From IMG/VR virus record IMGVR_UViG_3300034407_003469: a stretch of DNA of 20,000 bases. One strand, 5' to 3'. This document shows positions 8,251 through 16,602 of the stretch, one piece after another; within the stretch, counting starts at the first letter, position 1; every line of letters begins with the position of its first letter. The notes below the pieces were generated by a model. It ran no database searches, had not been told where the DNA came from, and was given only the letters and a program-made list of their open reading frames with translations. Source of the stretch: an uncultured virus (IMG/VR IMGVR_UViG_3300034407_003469) (Duplodnaviria; Heunggongvirae; Uroviricota; Caudoviricetes). A program made the translations under genes and the position numbers.

Positions 8251-10493
8251 TATAATTTATCTAATAAATCTTTTAATCTAACCCCTTGAGCAGACTTTTT
8301 CATATTTTCATCATATGAGCCTTCATAATAAGTTTCTAAAATGTTTTTAATCTTTGGTATTCTTAAAAAGTCCATAACCTGTTGATTATTTCCCTGTAAG
8401 AAAGCGATATACTTTTCATTATCATCTAAAATCTTACCTAATTCACTTGTAAGCACTCCACGGAAATAAAATCTTATATAAACATCAAGTGATAAAGAGT
8501 TTTCTGAATTATCTGTACCATACAAAGATAGTTTTTCAACTTGCTTTCTCTGTTGTGGTTTCATACCTTTTAACTTTTTCTTGGATGCTCCAAATAATAA
8601 TTTTTCAGTTTGCTCCTTATCTACTTTAAGTGAATGAATATCCCCTTCTTTACCTTTATTCAAAAAGTTTTGAAAGAAATCACTAATTAGTTTTAATTGA
8701 GAATTAAATAAATCAGTATCTAAATTCCTATCTCCTCTATAATTAATCATTAGTTCTTGATAAATAAAAGGTATCATCTTTTCTCCAACTCCTGCAATTT
8801 GGTCATATTCACCTGCTTCGTTTGTATTTGATGCAGATATATGCCCTAAAGCATTATTTGTCCAATTACTTAATGCTGATGGATTACCAATAGTTTTATC
8901 GTATTGTTCTCCTAATGTATTTTTTAACTCATCAAAATATAAATCTTTCAATAAATTATATTTTTCAGTTATTTCTTTTCTTAATCTCATCAATGGAGAT
9001 AAGTCACCCCCTCCTACTTTTGTGGCACCTGCCATAACAGTTTGACCATCTGTTCCTGATGCTATGTAATATTCTTTTGCCAAACACAAAAATAACTTTG
9101 CTAAATCTTGATATAAACTTTGCACTCCTTCATCACTTGAAGATGCACCACCCATAAAATTGTCTAACCATATTTTCCCCCAAGCCGTATTAGTATATAT
9201 TCCACTATCTTCTCTTATAGCAATTTCAGTAGAATCAAAATTTCCGTTATTTTGTCTTAATTTTTCAGCAAAATATGTATTAAAGTTTTGATACAAAAAG
9301 TTACCATCTACATCAGTATCATTTAACATCTTCGGCAAAAAACTATACTGCCATTGTAAATTAACTTCTTTTAAAAATGCAATTTTTCTTAATAATGTAG
9401 TTATATCCATTCTGTTGGGTAAATTATCATCAACACATTTCATTACATTACTCACTTCAACTGATGGTGGATAGAGAGCCATTGTGCTTTTCATAATTAT
9501 TTGGCAAAATCTTCTAAATAAGGCTTCTTCTATTTCTTTTGTAGCATTTGCTATACCAATTATTCTACAATCCATTAGAGGCAATCCATTGTCTATCTGT
9601 GTTCTAATTAAGTCAGCCATTCCACGATAATCACCATAATCTACACCCATCGGTATTGGCATACCCTTTTTATCGTTTATTTCTTTCATTGTCCAACTTT
9701 TCAAAGTTCTTTCACGGACAATATGTAAAAGTGGAGCATATTTATCTTGCTCATACTCTCCAACCTTATCTAATTCATCAAGAACTAACCAATAATTACC
9801 ATAACCCAACAAAGTACACAAGTACATACACATATCTCTAATATCATCTCTTCCTGCATTAATAGAGTCTAAAGTATATTCATATGCCGTAGTTGATTGT
9901 ATTTCAGTTTCAGGGCTTCTTTTAAACTCAAAACCTTTTGAATTAAGAATTTCAGGTGCACCTACAACATCAGACAAATTATTATCCCCTTTATCTTCTA
10001 AATTTGCCACGACTACATTTGTGTTAGGTGGATAGTCTACATCCATCAAACAAATTAAAATTTGATGTAATAATTTATACGAATAAGTAAAAGTTGTACC
10101 TGCTTTATCATAAACTTTTAAATATCTGTCAAATATAGATTGTCCGTTAGCTACTTGAGTAGATATTGTATTAGAATTTGGAAACCAATAAGGCTTTAAA
10201 AATTTTAATATATCTTCTCCTTTTGTAGTTACTTTGCCCTTACTATCTTTTTTTGTTTCATAATCTTCACTAATTAACTTTGCCAATCCTTCTATATTTT
10301 CAGGTTTTTCTGAACCAATGTATAATATTGATGAAGGCAATCTCCATTTTTGAGTTACTTCAATTATGGTGTAAGATTTACCTATTGAAGATTTTCCAAC
10401 TACTAATACAGGTATGTCGTACCTTACAAGTTGTAAGATAGTTTTTAGAGTGTTAGTTCCCTCCCTGTTGATTTCTGATTTGTTTAATGCCAT
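8250..10493 (-). CDS. MoxR/AAA_5-like AAA+ ATPase, 747 aa, with inserts and long C-terminal extension
   Basis: Walker A GKSSIGKS (33-40), SEKPENIEGL..PYWFP, Walker B WLVLDE (235-240), sensor-1 IIGIAN, Arg finger EALFRRF; adjacent to peptidase and vWA genes. Confidence 0.88.
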   Translation of the reverse strand: MALNKSEINREGTNTLKTILQLVRYDIPVLVVGKSSIGKSYTIIEVTQKWRLPSSILYIGSEKPENIEGLAKLISEDYETKKDSKGKVTTKGEDILKFLKPYWFPNSNTISTQVANGQSIFDRYLKVYDKAGTTFTYSYKLLHQILICLMDVDYPPNTNVVVANLEDKGDNNLSDVVGAPEILNSKGFEFKRSPETEIQSTTAYEYTLDSINAGRDDIRDMCMYLCTLLGYGNYWLVLDELDKVGEYEQDKYAPLLHIVRERTLKSWTMKEINDKKGMPIPMGVDYGDYRGMADLIRTQIDNGLPLMDCRIIGIANATKEIEEALFRRFCQIIMKSTMALYPPSVEVSNVMKCVDDNLPNRMDITTLLRKIAFLKEVNLQWQYSFLPKMLNDTDVDGNFLYQNFNTYFAEKLRQNNGNFDSTEIAIREDSGIYTNTAWGKIWLDNFMGGASSSDEGVQSLYQDLAKLFLCLAKEYYIASGTDGQTVMAGATKVGGGDLSPLMRLRKEITEKYNLLKDLYFDELKNTLGEQYDKTIGNPSALSNWTNNALGHISASNTNEAGEYDQIAGVGEKMIPFIYQELMINYRGDRNLDTDLFNSQLKLISDFFQNFLNKGKEGDIHSLKVDKEQTEKLLFGASKKKLKGMKPQQRKQVEKLSLYGTDNSENSLSLDVYIRFYFRGVLTSELGKILDDNEKYIAFLQGNNQQVMDFLRIPKIKNILETYYEGSYDENMKKSAQGVRLKDLLDKL

Positions 10494-10495
10494 AT

Positions 10496-11083
10496 TTATC
10501 TTATTGTTAGTTTGTCACAACTGTCATTTAATTCACTTATTTCAAGCATTTGACCCATACAATCATCATCCAAACACTCTATATTCATTACTGCTCCTTT
10601 TTTGTTAGATGCATCAATTACTGCTTGTGTATAATATTTATAGGTGTGTGAATTAGAAAATTCATTATCAATATTAATTTTTTCTATATTTAATAAATCA
10701 GGATTAGAATAATTTGGTTTTACTTTCATTTGACCAATTTTTCTGTTGTTGCTTCCATCGGAAACATAAAAATCATACTGATTACTATTTTTTCTGTATC
10801 TATCACAAACGGTTGGCTCATACATAACACCTCCTTTTTTGAAAAGAGTAATGTTTGCACCTTTATCAAAACTTACACCATTTCCATCTATTTCATTTAT
10901 TGCAGATGCAATTTCTCTTGGTGTACCTTCAACTCGGTATTTTCTATTGTCAGCCATTGATTTTTTGTTAATAATAGCCTCTCCACCCTCAACTTCAATC
11001 TTTTGACCTGTTGATTTTACAGTCATTGGTATTCCTCCATCTGCGTGAGATGGTCCTTTTGTAAATCCTCCTTTTGCGTTCAT
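10496..11083 (-). CDS. Phage protein with GPSHxxGGI/EVEGGE domain and degenerate GNAT-like C-terminus
   Basis: KGGFTKGPSHADGGIP..IEVEGGEAIINKKS..ASAINEIDGNGVSF; C-terminus IGQMKV..LNIEKINIDNEFSNSHTYKYYTQAVIDASNKKG resembles GNAT beta4-alpha3. ATG 11083 preferred over TTG 11092. Confidence 0.7.
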   Translation of the reverse strand: MNAKGGFTKGPSHADGGIPMTVKSTGQKIEVEGGEAIINKKSMADNRKYRVEGTPREIASAINEIDGNGVSFDKGANITLFKKGGVMYEPTVCDRYRKNSNQYDFYVSDGSNNRKIGQMKVKPNYSNPDLLNIEKINIDNEFSNSHTYKYYTQAVIDASNKKGAVMNIECLDDDCMGQMLEISELNDSCDKLTIR

Positions 11084-11102
11084 AATCAACAAAAATATAA
11101 AA

Positions 11103-11118
11103 TATATTTGTATATTTG
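11103..11118 (+). promoter_or_regulatory. Tandem Bacteroidota-type -7 promoter element (TATATTTG x2)
   Basis: TATATTTGTATATTTG about 66 bp upstream of the ATG at 11185; fits TAnnTTTG. Confidence 0.55.
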
Positions 11119-11184
11119 AATCATAATTAGGACAAGTTTTTTCAATTATTTGTCAAAAATTAAAAAATATTAAAATTTATTTTT

Positions 11185-11403
11185 ATGAAAAACGGAAAAG
11201 TTTTACCCTCGCAATTTACAACAGATAATGGAGAAATATCTCCCATTAGTGTAGCTTTCTTTGGCTTAACACTTGCCGTTATATTTTATCAGCTTACATT
11301 CTATCGTAAGTGGCTAAAGTCAATAGACCATAGCAAAGATTTGGAAGATAGATTAGAAAAATTAGAAGAGCAAAATTCTAAAAATAATGTAACAATCGTT
11401 TAA
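11185..11403 (+). CDS. Small single-pass membrane protein with C-terminal coiled coil, 72 aa
   Basis: Hydrophobic ISVAFFGLTLAVIFYQLTFY then DLEDRLEKLEEQ; lies in an otherwise mostly free gap with an upstream promoter motif. Confidence 0.75.
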   Translation: MKNGKVLPSQFTTDNGEISPISVAFFGLTLAVIFYQLTFYRKWLKSIDHSKDLEDRLEKLEEQNSKNNVTIV

Positions 11404-11617
11404 CAATATTTTTCAACTTTTCAAGCAAAACCAACACACACAAAATCGCTAAAATAAATAGAAAGTAAAGTACACTCCCAATAAAGTTATAGGGGAACAA
11501 CACTACACAAATAGGTATAAAAATGTATGGATTTCTAATAATTTTACGATTTAATAAGTAAAATTGAGGTAATAAAATAGTTTTATAATTTATTTTAGAG
11601 AATAATTTTTTAGTCAT
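11378..11617 (-). CDS. Possible small membrane protein, 79 aa
   Basis: ATGACTAA overlap with the glycosyltransferase stop and two hydrophobic segments; overlaps the convergent plus gene by 26 bp, so could be spurious. Confidence 0.45.
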   Translation of the reverse strand: MTKKLFSKINYKTILLPQFYLLNRKIIRNPYIFIPICVVLFPYNFIGSVLYFLFILAILCVLVLLEKLKNIVKRLLHYF

Positions 11618-12449
11618 AATTTAAGCCCAATTTGTCATTTACTTTTTTCAACTCAACCTCCAATGCTCCCCCGACCCAAGGAATTATGCCTTTATCTCCA
11701 TCTTTATAATTATTAAACCTTTCTATAACCTTATCATATCCTGCTTCAGCCTTTTCGTGTTGCTTGAATGAGGTATTGTTTAATTTTCTCTTTAAACTCT
11801 CTTCTCCACTTCTTATATAGGAATAGTGGTGCATTTTAATATCTCTACTATTCAAAATTATAAAGTCCTTACATTCAATGGTTCTTGTAGGGTCTACAAA
11901 AATTGGACTGACCCCACCACCATAATTTCTTTCATCACACTTTACTATAAATGATATATAACCTAAAGTAATACTTCTTTGATTAGTAGCTTTCATAAAT
12001 CCTTGTTTAGAAATTACAAGATTTGTCTTTTTATAATAATTGTCATATTCTACATAACTTGTATCATATCCATTTGTAATTACTTCTTCTTTTGCTTTTT
12101 CAAATTCTTCAGAAATAAACATCTCATCACAATCCATTGTTATATGATGAGTACATTTGCCAACCTTAACACATATATCTCTACCTATATTTCTTTTTAT
12201 AACTTCATTTATTTCCCCTCTTGCTTTTCCTTCTATATTTTTGGGTGTGTATTGATACAAATAGTCTATCAGACCTCTTTGCTTCAAATCCAATAGATAT
12301 GGCTCTAAATCCTCTCTAAACTCGCCATAGTTAGATGTAACTTGATAAACCACGCAAATAAAGTCCACATTCTCCCTTATGCATAAAATTGAATTTTCTA
12401 AATGCTCTTCTCCATCAAAAACATTATAACTAACCCCTAAATGTCCCAT
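11610..12449 (-). CDS. GT-A fold (GT2-like) glycosyltransferase
   Basis: LGVSYNVFDGEEHLENSI..VDFICVVY N-terminus, E..KRN motif, DxD motif MDCDE, C-terminal MHHYSYIR. Confidence 0.8.
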   Translation of the reverse strand: MGHLGVSYNVFDGEEHLENSILCIRENVDFICVVYQVTSNYGEFREDLEPYLLDLKQRGLIDYLYQYTPKNIEGKARGEINEVIKRNIGRDICVKVGKCTHHITMDCDEMFISEEFEKAKEEVITNGYDTSYVEYDNYYKKTNLVISKQGFMKATNQRSITLGYISFIVKCDERNYGGGVSPIFVDPTRTIECKDFIILNSRDIKMHHYSYIRSGEESLKRKLNNTSFKQHEKAEAGYDKVIERFNNYKDGDKGIIPWVGGALEVELKKVNDKLGLNYD

Positions 12450-12501
12450 ACACTTTTTCTTTTATATTTTATCCATTTATATTTTAACCAATTAATTATT
12501 C

Positions 12502-12906
12502 TCATATTCTGTTAGGATTATCTTTAATTGCACTTTTCACACTATGTTGAGGAATAATTTCTCCTGTATCTTCCACATAATAATTATGCTTTTCTTCTCT
12601 TCCAAATGGATTTACCACCCTTTTGATTTTTAAATCTTTTCTTTTGACTAAAACTATTTTTTCTCCAATGATATCTGTATAATAAACAGGAAGGTTGTTT
12701 GAGCCTATTCTTTTATTACTTCTTAATCTAAACCAAATTTTAACAAAGTCCTCTTTTTTATAATTCTTTATTACAATATCTGAAAAATGAAAGTAGCATA
12801 ATATAGAAACAAAATAAGGTTTTTTATTACGAGTTTTCATTAGAACAACATTTGTTATGTTCTCGTTAACATTATAAATATCATAAATTTTTCCTGTAAT
12901 AATCAT
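12502..12906 (-). CDS. OB-fold ssDNA-binding-like protein (DUF3127-like)
   Basis: MIITGKIYDI..VSILCY..KKEDFVKIWFRLRSN..YYTDIIGEKI follows the DUF3127/SSB strand pattern; no acidic tail. Confidence 0.6.
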   Translation of the reverse strand: MIITGKIYDIYNVNENITNVVLMKTRNKKPYFVSILCYFHFSDIVIKNYKKEDFVKIWFRLRSNKRIGSNNLPVYYTDIIGEKIVLVKRKDLKIKRVVNPFGREEKHNYYVEDTGEIIPQHSVKSAIKDNPNRI

Positions 12907-13265
12907 TGTTGCTTAACTTGAAGGTGCTTGTTCATTTTTTGTATAAGACAATCATATGAGCCACAGGTTTTACATTCATTTGTTGGTAATAATTTTAAAT
13001 ATAATGAGATTATTATCTCTATATCATTTTTTGCTAATTTATTTTCATCAAGAAATGATTTTATGGGAGTTTCTAAATGTGGCATAACATAGTTTTGAAA
13101 ATAGTCAAACCCACACATCTCTTTCTCAATTAATGTTTTTTTATCCTCACAAATATCTTTAAATATTGTCCATAAATCTTCTTTATCATCAGCCAAGTCC
13201 TCAAACCTACTCCATTCTTTAACCCCAATTCTTTTCGTTACATCTAAAGGGTATCTATGATACAT
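12903..13265 (-). CDS. Hypothetical protein, 120 aa, C-terminal CxxCxxxxC
   Basis: CKTCGSYDC; ATGA overlap with the downstream gene. Confidence 0.8.
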   Translation of the reverse strand: MYHRYPLDVTKRIGVKEWSRFEDLADDKEDLWTIFKDICEDKKTLIEKEMCGFDYFQNYVMPHLETPIKSFLDENKLAKNDIEIIISLYLKLLPTNECKTCGSYDCLIQKMNKHLQVKQQ

Positions 13266-14127
13266 TTTTTTTCATTGAATTTGTTATTTGACTACTCAAA
13301 GATAAATTATTTTTTAAAATATTCTCGTAATAATAGACTAAACCTAAATTTTTGCATATTCTCATTACTCTTTCTTGCTTATTATTATTTGCTATATTAT
13401 CTATTTCTAATTGAATTTTTATTTTATCATCACTATCTATTGATGTATGACTTTTGTGGCTTAATTCTTCTAAAGCCATCTCTTTTGCTTCTTCTAATAA
13501 TCTACTTTTAATATCATCATCAATATCAATTACACCTAAATTTTTCAAAAAGTCATAAGATATATATCCAAATGGATTATAAGTAGGTTCTCCTGTTTCT
13601 TCATAATGTAATTTAAAATTATCAAAATTATCTAATATGCTTTCTAACATAATAGCAGTTTGCTCTTTTTCAGTTGGCTTATTATTTTCTTTCTCTTGCT
13701 CCTCTAATTGGTCTTTATATTTAATGATATAGGGTCCTATGTATCTTCCATAAGAATTTATTATTTTAGATATGTAGACCACACTAAAAGATTGATAGTG
13801 TTCAGCACTCTCATCTAATTTACCTGCCGTTGCAAGATTAAAGGCATTATCTATCTCTAATAAAGAATAACGATAAAAATGCTCTGCAATATATTCTACA
13901 AACAATCTTATCTCCTCATCAGTCGGTAATGGCTTTACTCCTGTTAATATAGCCCACTTTATTAACAACTTGTGCAGGTTTTGAAATTGTTCATTTTTAT
14001 CATCAGAATCAAAGAAAGAAGCTATTTTTCTTTCAAAATGACCTTGTATGATTTTTTTACTTGTCTGCTCCCAATCCTGAATAATCTGTGTTTGAAGCCC
14101 CTTTGACTGCTTTATTAATTTGTTCAT
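13255..14127 (-). CDS. Helical phage protein, possible replication accessory or helicase loader, 290 aa
   Basis: FVEYIAEHFYRYSLLEIDNAFNLATAGKL..HYQSFSVVYISKIINSY resembles proteins that follow initiators in Bacteroidota phages (recollection). CDS is secure, function is not. Confidence 0.55.
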   Translation of the reverse strand: MNKLIKQSKGLQTQIIQDWEQTSKKIIQGHFERKIASFFDSDDKNEQFQNLHKLLIKWAILTGVKPLPTDEEIRLFVEYIAEHFYRYSLLEIDNAFNLATAGKLDESAEHYQSFSVVYISKIINSYGRYIGPYIIKYKDQLEEQEKENNKPTEKEQTAIMLESILDNFDNFKLHYEETGEPTYNPFGYISYDFLKNLGVIDIDDDIKSRLLEEAKEMALEELSHKSHTSIDSDDKIKIQLEIDNIANNNKQERVMRICKNLGLVYYYENILKNNLSLSSQITNSMKKNVS

Positions 14128-14782
14128 ATCTCTGTTTTTGTTTTTTATTTATAGGTTGTTCTTTTAATTGCATTAATATATTTGATAAACTTGAATTAAT
14201 ATCAGATAACTTAATTCTATTTCTATTGTAATCATCTAATTTATCCCAATTTTTCAATATGTATTCCCAACTTAACAAAACATTAGCATCTAACTGCTCT
14301 TTAGTTAAATTATCTTTTTTTCTTTTACATTGTTTCTCAAGAAATACAATTATTGATTTCATAGCCTTTCCTTGCATACCATCCATCTTACTTCCTACTC
14401 CTGTATGTTTCTGACAAAAATTGTCATAATGCTCAACCATTTTAGAGTATATAGTATTTGGAGTTGGCTTGGCTCGTTTTACGACCAATTTGGGCTCACT
14501 TTTTGGTTTTTTTGGAACCACTTTAGATTCACGCACCTCACTTAATATATTAATATGTAATGTGTTAGAAATCCATTTACAATCCATTTTAAAACCACTT
14601 ACTGACACACCATAACTTACAATCCGTTTCAATGTAGACTTTGGAACATTATACTTTACTGACATTTCATATAAATATATAGCACCTTTATTATCTTCAT
14701 CTAAACGAGAAAATATATAAGCCCATACTAAAAGGTATGTGTTTGGCTTTGATATAAGTTGTTGTATGAATTTTTTATTCAA
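14057..14782 (-). CDS. Putative replication initiator / replisome organiser, 241 aa
   Basis: wHTH-like LYEMSVKYNVPKSTLKRIV, K/P-rich linker, helical C-domain (WEYILKNWDKLDDY); follows an HTH regulator; TTG start. Confidence 0.5.
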   Translation of the reverse strand: MNKKFIQQLISKPNTYLLVWAYIFSRLDEDNKGAIYLYEMSVKYNVPKSTLKRIVSYGVSVSGFKMDCKWISNTLHINILSEVRESKVVPKKPKSEPKLVVKRAKPTPNTIYSKMVEHYDNFCQKHTGVGSKMDGMQGKAMKSIIVFLEKQCKRKKDNLTKEQLDANVLLSWEYILKNWDKLDDYNRNRIKLSDINSSLSNILMQLKEQPINKKQKQRYEQINKAVKGASNTDYSGLGADK

Positions 14783-14806
14783 TTATGGTGTGTTTATAGG
14801 GTAGGT

Positions 14807-15046
14807 TTACTCTTTTAATAGTTGTTTATCTAACTCATCCATCTCAACAATAGATTGAGGTTTAACTTTAAGTATTTTACATATTTTGACTACTGTTATA
14901 AGATGATAGTTTAATTTTTTACCATTTACTATTTCACTTAATGCATATTGTCCAATGGGAGTTTCATACCTCTTGGCAATGTTGTCATATAACTTCTTTT
15001 GACTAATTTTCCTTTTCTTTAGTAACTTCTTTAATTTAGTTTCCAT
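14807..15046 (-). CDS. XRE/Cro-type helix-turn-helix regulator
   Basis: LKKLLKKRKISQKKL..IGQYALSEIVNGKK..TVVKICKILKVKPQSIVE. Confidence 0.85.
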   Translation of the reverse strand: METKLKKLLKKRKISQKKLYDNIAKRYETPIGQYALSEIVNGKKLNYHLITVVKICKILKVKPQSIVEMDELDKQLLKE

Positions 15047-15414
15047 TATTTATTTTTTTTAAATGTAAAAATCTTATCATCTTTAATAAGTTCAGATTCT
15101 AACATTTCGTTCTGTTTTTTTTCAAGTTCTTCTTTTGTTAATCTTTCTTCATCAATTTTATACTGTTTAGATTTTTTATCTAAATCTTCGTGGTCATCAT
15201 CTGTCATTTGTTTTAATCCAACAAAATTAGCACCACCATCTAATATGAAGGAAATATAGTCTGTTTCTATTGCATATATTTTTCCCTCTTTATTTTTAAA
15301 TGGAAAGTTTGATTTGTTTTTTTTCAATGCAATTTTATACATTTTTATTAATTCATCGTAATTAGTATCATTAATAAATAATGAAGGTTTCAATTCAAAT
15401 TCTTTGATTTTCAT
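15046..15414 (-). CDS. Hypothetical protein, 122 aa
   Basis: ATG downstream of a promoter motif; TAATG overlap with the HTH gene. Confidence 0.8.
   Translation of the reverse strand: MKIKEFELKPSLFINDTNYDELIKMYKIALKKNKSNFPFKNKEGKIYAIETDYISFILDGGANFVGLKQMTDDDHEDLDKKSKQYKIDEERLTKEELEKKQNEMLESELIKDDKIFTFKKNK
15125..15153. repeat. 29-bp dispersed repeat, second copy at 18763-18791
   Basis: agttc[t/a]tcttttgttaatctttcttcatc, 28/29 identical; encodes DEERLTK[E/D]EL in both genes. Confidence 0.9.
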
Positions 15415-15435
15415 ATAAATTTTTTTTTAAAGTTT

Positions 15436-15464
15436 ACAAATATAACAATTATTTTAAAAAATAA
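15436..15464 (-). promoter_or_regulatory. Conserved promoter, copy 1 (TATATTTG -7 element)
   Basis: 26/29 identical to 17790-17818; about 22 bp upstream of ATG 15414. Confidence 0.65.
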
Positions 15465-15466
15465 GA

Positions 15467-15787
15467 TTAATGGTCTGTAATGAGTTCTAATTCATCACGA
15501 AATACTAACTCTTTAAGACCAAAAGTCATCTTGGGTGTAGTTCCTTCTATTCTTCCATAATAAGCAGGAATAATTGTATTACGAATATCTCCATTCATAC
15601 TTACTTGCCTTATCATAAAAGAAACAACGGCAGGAACCCTCATTCTATTTACCCACACATCTCCAAAAATCTCATTATCTCTTTGTAAATCAGTAATTAT
15701 AGGATTATAAGTGCCATATTTATTATAAAAATATTCGCTTTTTGCTACTATTCTGTATTTCTTCTTTGAGTTAATTCTTTTAATCAT
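15467..15787 (-). CDS. Hypothetical protein, 106 aa
   Basis: ATGATTAA overlap with upstream stop; no motif recognised. Confidence 0.8.
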   Translation of the reverse strand: MIKRINSKKKYRIVAKSEYFYNKYGTYNPIITDLQRDNEIFGDVWVNRMRVPAVVSFMIRQVSMNGDIRNTIIPAYYGRIEGTTPKMTFGLKELVFRDELELITDH

Positions 15788-15983
15788 TATTTTTTGAAAT
15801 TTTAATATTAAGATAGTTAGTAGGTTTATTTATTTTATATTGTGTTAATAGTTCTTTTACAAAATCTTGCGATATATAATCTTCCATATTTTTATCATTT
15901 ATAAAACAAGAAGATAATAATGTTTCTTGTTCTCTAATCATATCATCTAATATGTTGGTAGGAATGTCTATTTCTAATATCAT
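15780..15983 (-). CDS. Hypothetical protein, 67 aa
   Basis: ATGA overlap with upstream stop. Confidence 0.7.
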   Translation of the reverse strand: MILEIDIPTNILDDMIREQETLLSSCFINDKNMEDYISQDFVKELLTQYKINKPTNYLNIKISKNND

Positions 15984-16267
15984 CTTACTATATAATTATT
16001 TTTATAGTCTTTACTTAAAAAGTCGTAAATGTCTACTACATCATCTGATAGTTTTTTAGATTCCTGTATAGATTTAAATTCACTAACTAAATTTTTAACT
16101 AATTCTTTCATTTCTTTTTTTTGATATACTTCCCCTAATTCTGCTTTGATTTCTGTTTTTTTCACTTTAAATACTTTTATTTTTTTTACTTTATTTCTTT
16201 TTGCTTGAGCCTTTTCATATGTTCTATGTAAACAATCTAACCTGCTATTTTTATTATTTATTTCCAA
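15980..16267 (-). CDS. Lys-rich hypothetical protein (start uncertain)
   Basis: Track start 16306 overlaps the upstream gene by 49 bp; in-frame TTG at 16267 gives a 10-bp overlap. Confidence 0.6.
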   Translation of the reverse strand: MEINNKNSRLDCLHRTYEKAQAKRNKVKKIKVFKVKKTEIKAELGEVYQKKEMKELVKNLVSEFKSIQESKKLSDDVVDIYDFLSKDYKNNYIVR

Positions 16268-16602
16268 AATTGTATTGTTATTATTATTAGAGATAAAAAT
16301 ATACAAATTAATGTTTTCATATTCATTCCTTCGTTCATTAAATAATAATTTAATAATGCATTAACAATCATTCCTACTGAAAAACCCACAAACTTTATAG
16401 ACCATAAAGACCCATTTAATACAATAAAACCATTCTTTGTAGCCAATATCATAATATAAGATATTAGTGTTCCAAATACCAATGATAGTATAAATGGATT
16501 TTTAGCAAAAGAACTCCATAAAAATTGACCATTAGTCTGTACCCATATTAAAGCACTACCTAAAGACCAAAAAACCAAGAATATAATAGTTTTATTAATC
16601 AT
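16258..16602 (-). CDS. Four-TM small membrane protein, SMR/DMT-like, 114 aa
   Basis: Four hydrophobic helices; NALLNYYLMNEGMNMKTLICIFL resembles the DMT E-x-x-x-x-K loop; ATG 16602 overlaps upstream stop (ATGATTAA). Confidence 0.65.
   Translation of the reverse strand: MINKTIIFLVFWSLGSALIWVQTNGQFLWSSFAKNPFILSLVFGTLISYIMILATKNGFIVLNGSLWSIKFVGFSVGMIVNALLNYYLMNEGMNMKTLICIFLSLIIITIQFWK

Noticed and set aside
11151..11156. TTGACA on the minus strand upstream of the large operon
   Set aside because: No -10 hexamer at 16-18 bp spacing.
4224..13511. Other plus-strand ORFs (4224, 4357, 5104, 6893, 6957, 8012, 9656, 10414, 10730, 11979, 13257)
   Set aside because: All are antisense to well-supported genes and have the S/F/L-biased composition of shadow ORFs.
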